Positions 60,468-64,000 of a DNA stretch of 64,000 bases are shown here, piece after piece; within the stretch, counting starts at the first letter, position 1; each line of letters starts with the position of its first letter. The translations under genes and the position numbers were made by a program. Under the pieces are notes generated by a model, which was given only the letters and a program-made list of their open reading frames with translations, ran no database searches and was not told the DNA's origin. This stretch comes from Clostridia bacterium. GTDB lineage: Bacteria > Bacillota > Clostridia > Saccharofermentanales > DTU023. The DNA lies in contig JAXGRH010000001.1 in NCBI GenBank assembly GCA_040766025.1, forward strand, positions 195,356-259,355. The letters run 5' to 3'.

Positions 60468-61865
60468 CTAGAACCTGAAATATAGAAATGGATTAAACGA
60501 GCCGTCCACGAGCTGTGCGGTGGATAAGAAAAGGACCATGAAAACACCTAAGGCCGCGACAGTATCCAAAATAAAGCCGCTTTTCCGGTTTCGGAGCCGT
60601 TCCCACAGACGTTTGGGATAGGGGTTGAGGCGACGATGGCTAAAAGGAAGACGAGAGCATAACTTTGGACGTAGTAGAGTGTCAAAGGATCCCAGAGCTT
60701 GAGTGCTTGTCCTCCAAACATGCCGCCGATGTTGGATAAAGCTTCGGTGAGTGAATTGGCATTAAATAGGACAAAGCCTAAGTTGACAAAGAAAAAGGTG
60801 TAAATAACTCGGACTGCACTGCCCACTTTGTCCAGTATTTTGGAAAGCCCGATACGCTCAAGCTGCAACAGGATAAAGTAGAAAAGGCCCCAGACGACAA
60901 AGTTCCAGGACGCGCCGTGCCAAAATCCGGTCAATAACCAGACAACCAACAGGTTGCGGATCATTTTCCAAGAGCTGACGCGGCTCCCGCCCATAGGGAT
61001 ATACACATAGTCGCGAAACCAGGAGCCCAGTGACATATGCCATCGCCGCCAAAATTCCGTGATCGACTGCGACAGATAGGGATAGTCGAAGTTTTCCAAG
61101 AAATGGAAGCCAAACATACGCCCCAACCCGATGGCCATGTCAGAATAGCCTGAAAAATCAAAGTAGATCTGGAAGGTAAAGGCAAGAGCGCCCGCCCAAA
61201 GCGAGAGGACTGAACGTGTCCCTGAAAGGTTCAACTGCTGCCCGAACTCCGCTAAAAGGTTCGCGATTAAGATCTTTTTGCCTAAGCCTGTGACAAAGCG
61301 TATGATGCCCGACGAAAAAGTTCTAGGCTGACCTTTCTGTTTCGGATTTCCTCCTGGATCGTCTGGAATCGGACGATCGGACCCGCGATAAGCTGCGGGA
61401 AGAACGACACGTACATGAGAAAATAAAAAGGATTCTTTTCAACTTCCACTTCACGCCGATACACGTCAATGACATAGGACAGGATCTGGAAGGTGTAAAA
61501 ACGACCCCGATGGGCAACACGAGCCCTAAGGGCGACAGCATCCCGGGGAACACCTGATCGATGTTTCGGATGAAAAAATCGCCGTATTTGAACAGTAATA
61601 GCGGGACAAGCACGAGAGCAAGGCCTACTATAAGTGCTGCTTTTCTTTTATTCTCACTGTTCAGACGGTCGATGGCCCGGCCTGACAGGTAACCTGTCAT
61701 GGCGGTCGTGACCATAATGATCGAAAAACGCGGTTCTCCCCAAGCGTAAAACAAAAGGCTTGCAAGGAGCAATACCGCGTTTTTCCACCGGCCGGGGACG
61801 ACCAAGTAGACGACTAGTACGGCCGGCAGAAAATAGTAAAGAAATGTGACGCTTGAAAACAGCAA
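60468..61865 (-). pseudogene. MBOAT-family membrane O-acyltransferase (AlgI/DltB/PatA-like), at least 3-4 frameshifts
   Basis: Fragments: 61323..61865 (MLFSSVTFLYYFLP..., FYAWGEP), 61282..61464 (YVSFFPQLIAGPIVRF), 60548..61234 (DFSGYSDMAIGLGRMFGF, EFWRRWHMSLGSWFRDYVYIPMGG, GFWHGASWNF). Tail LVDGSFNPFLYFRF-TAG (60468-60470) in another frame. Confidence 0.8.
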
Positions 61866-61871
61866 GGCCGT

Positions 61872-62358
61872 TTACGCGACTGGAGTGAAGCCTGAAGCTT
61901 CTGTGAGTTTTGTCACTTCGTCCTGACTTCCCATGACAAAGAACACCGCATCGCCTTTTGTGGCAACCGCCATAGCGTTCGGCGACCACACAGATCCATT
62001 TTCTAAGATCGGCTTTGTCTTTTAATTCTTTGGCGAACGCCACCGCGTCCTCCCCTTCAGCGACGCGGAAGATTCCCATCGCAAAGGGATTGACATTGAT
62101 CATCGGCTGGAGGCCGTAGGCTTCCGCGATTTTTCCGTCCAATGACTCAGTCCCGATTAAGAATCCTGCTTCTTCCTGATCGAGTTCATCCAGGATAAAC
62201 CCTCCTTCTAACATCTCTGGAAAACCCGCGTCTTTCACGATCTGTTCCATGGCTTCCTTCAAGTCCCCGATTTCTTCTTGGGGGGCTTTGGGGCCCGACT
62301 GGCAGCCGAATGTAAACATAAGGGCTAGAATTAATACAATGCTCATTACTTTTTTCAT
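61872..62358 (-). pseudogene. small lipoprotein (DUF4358-like) preceding the MBOAT gene, one frameshift near 61975
   Basis: RBS AAGGAG, ATG 62358, lipobox TFGCQ, ...GLQPMINVNPFAMGIFR...KWICVVAE, then frame lost. The +1 frame gives AMAVATKGDAVFFVMGSQDEVTKLTEASGFTPVA-TAA (61872-61874). Confidence 0.65.
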
Positions 62359-62485
62359 AAATGACTCCTTCAATAATAAAACATACAGGCGGAAATTTTC
62401 CCACAATCCCATAAGACGACAGTGCTTGTCAGTTCGTTACATCGTGATTTTCATGAAATTTTATGTCAATAGCGGAAGATGGCCG

Positions 62486-63232
62486 TCAATCTTCACAATC
62501 CGTGAGACGCTTGGCTAAGACTTCCCATAGTTCAGGCTCCACCGAATGGTCTTTTAAGAGATCCGGCCTCTTTTTTAAGGTCTCGATTAACTGGCCTAAA
62601 CGGCGCTCTTGCTCGATGTTTTTCGCATGGCCTGAAAAAAGCACTGAAGGCACATTGTGACCGCGCCACTCGCGTGGCTTTGTATACTGGGGCCACTCTA
62701 AAAGTCCTTCTGAAAAGGATTCATTTTGCCAGGCTTCTTCGTCCGGCAAAACCCCAGGGACCATGCGACTGATGGCGTCGATCATGACCGCGGCGGCTAA
62801 TTCGCCCCCCGTCATGACAAAATCTCCCAAAGAGACCTCTTCACAGCCGATCGCATCAATGACGCGGCGGTCGACCCCTTCATAGTGCCCCGCGATCAGG
62901 ACGATATGTTCATCTTTTGCAAGAGACTGCGCCATCCGTTGGTCGAACACCTGTCCGTGCGGCGATAAGAACAGTGTCCTGACATCCTGATTATCCCCTC
63001 CTGTGACGGAGCGCCAGGCGTTGTAAACGGGTTCACACATCATGACCATTCCGCGTCCACCCCCGTAAGGACGATCGTCTACCTGACCGTATGCATTGAT
63101 CGCGAAGTCGCGTATCTGGACAAGGTCAAGCTCGATTAATTGTTCTTTAATGGCGCGCCCGGTAATACTGTGATCGAGCGCATCTTTCACCTGTTCAGGG
63201 AAAAGCGAGAGGATGGAAAAGTGAATCGCCAT
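62486..63232 (-). CDS. trmD: tRNA (guanine37-N1)-methyltransferase TrmD
   Basis: ILSLFPE, VDDRPYGGGRGMVM, LSPHG, LIAGHYEGVDRRV, EVSLGDFVMTGGELAA. Confidence 0.92.
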   Translation of the reverse strand: MAIHFSILSLFPEQVKDALDHSITGRAIKEQLIELDLVQIRDFAINAYGQVDDRPYGGGRGMVMMCEPVYNAWRSVTGGDNQDVRTLFLSPHGQVFDQRMAQSLAKDEHIVLIAGHYEGVDRRVIDAIGCEEVSLGDFVMTGGELAAAVMIDAISRMVPGVLPDEEAWQNESFSEGLLEWPQYTKPREWRGHNVPSVLFSGHAKNIEQERRLGQLIETLKKRPDLLKDHSVEPELWEVLAKRLTDCED

Positions 63233-63771
63233 TATGCGCCTCGATAGAGCTCGTAAAGACCGGGCGGCAGGATCACCTGGATGACATCTTCCTCCTGGTC
63301 GATTTGTCGGATGATGCTTTTTAAAAAGGGAAATAGAAGGTCGGGTTGGCCCTCGTCTTTTACGACGAGTATGTCAGCCGTGCCGGTGTCCATAATATCC
63401 CGTACCGTGCCGAGAGGACCTTTTCTTTCGTCTATCACCCGCATGCCCAAAAGATCGCCGTAATAAAATTCGAACGCATCATTAAGTTCTACGGCGTCGT
63501 CGCGTGACACGGCCAAGTAACGCCCTGTCAACGCTTTTGCTTTTTCGCGCGTGTCAATGCCGTCGAATTCCAAAAGAAGGCCGCGCGGTGTTGACCGCGC
63601 TGACTTTAATCGGAGAGACGACAAAGGTTTTGTGCCAAACTCTTCCGTGACATAACACAAAAGCCCCTGTTGAAAGCGTGTGTCATCGTCGCCGAGGCTC
63701 TTGATCAAAAGCTCGCCGTTGACGCCGTGAGGGCGAAGACACACGCCAATCAATAGATAGGGTTGTTTCAT
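63232..63771 (-). CDS. rimM: 16S rRNA processing protein RimM
   Basis: IGVCLRPHGVNGELLIKSL, YYGDLLGMRV, PRC-barrel tail. ATGA-type overlaps with neighbours. Confidence 0.85.
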   Translation of the reverse strand: MKQPYLLIGVCLRPHGVNGELLIKSLGDDDTRFQQGLLCYVTEEFGTKPLSSLRLKSARSTPRGLLLEFDGIDTREKAKALTGRYLAVSRDDAVELNDAFEFYYGDLLGMRVIDERKGPLGTVRDIMDTGTADILVVKDEGQPDLLFPFLKSIIRQIDQEEDVIQVILPPGLYELYRGA

Positions 63772-63998
63772 GACTCGATGTCGACCGTGACGCGGCGATT
63801 GTCCATCGCGCCTTTGGCCTTCATGATCGCCCGGACCGCCTGGGCTCTTTTGCCGCCCCGGCCGATGACGCGCCCGATGTCATCGGGATGCGCGTTCACC
63901 GTGAGCACCACTTCACGACCCTTTCGTTCTTCTTCAATCGTCAAATCTTCCGGATGTTGGATCAAGGGTTCAATGATGGATTTTAATAAGGCTTTCAT
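63768..63998 (-). CDS. KH-domain RNA-binding protein (YlqC family)
   Basis: 76 aa with KH GxxG motif GRVIGRGGKRAQAVRAI. Canonical position upstream of rimM. Confidence 0.85.
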   Translation of the reverse strand: MKALLKSIIEPLIQHPEDLTIEEERKGREVVLTVNAHPDDIGRVIGRGGKRAQAVRAIMKAKGAMDNRRVTVDIES

Positions 63999-64000
63999 GT

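Overview
This looks like a chromosomal segment of an anaerobic Firmicutes/Clostridia-like bacterium. Supporting signs are a type-A RNase P RNA, a desulfoferrodoxin gene and Gram-positive style synteny.

Backbone (almost all housekeeping):
- trmFO-queA-tgt-yajC
- dnaG-rpoD-trmK
- rnpB
- yfhO-dfx
- a two-component system and two pseudouridine synthases
- an OYE/FAD oxidoreductase
- four tRNAs with divergent consensus promoters
- punA
- a five-gene Opp/Dpp-type ABC importer
- four uncharacterised envelope genes
- miaB-mutS-mutL-miaA-hfq
- lexA
- a MurE-like ligase and asd
- an M18 aminopeptidase
- nifS-nifU
- rarA and glyA
- trkAH
- thiI with a second cysteine desulfurase
- ylqC-rimM-trmD ... rplS-rbgA-rnhB

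I found no CRISPR array, rRNA, prophage or recognisable defence island.

The unusual signal is gene decay. About 14 of roughly 55 protein-coding genes can only be followed by hopping between reading frames. These disruptions fall into a few discrete loci:
- tgt plus a fossil IS
- the mutL linker
- a Xer-like recombinase
- nifU and nifS
- a 6-kb block of gntR, desulfurase, thiI, trkA and trkH
- a DUF4358-MBOAT-DHHW cluster

By contrast, a 31-kb run of long genes is completely intact.

Other notable points:
- A full-length but dead IS1634-family element is flanked by 153/155-bp direct repeats.
- TrmFO and QueA form one in-frame ORF with no stop between them.
- mutL is split, a possible cause of the indel-type decay.
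- A perfect 14-bp inverted repeat with dif-like 11-6-11 geometry sits at the point where gene orientation switches.
- A variant LexA operator fills the lexA promoter spacer, opposite a small membrane-protein gene.

All calls come from reading motifs by eye. No database search or computation was possible. Whether the frameshifts are biological or consensus errors cannot be settled from this sequence alone.
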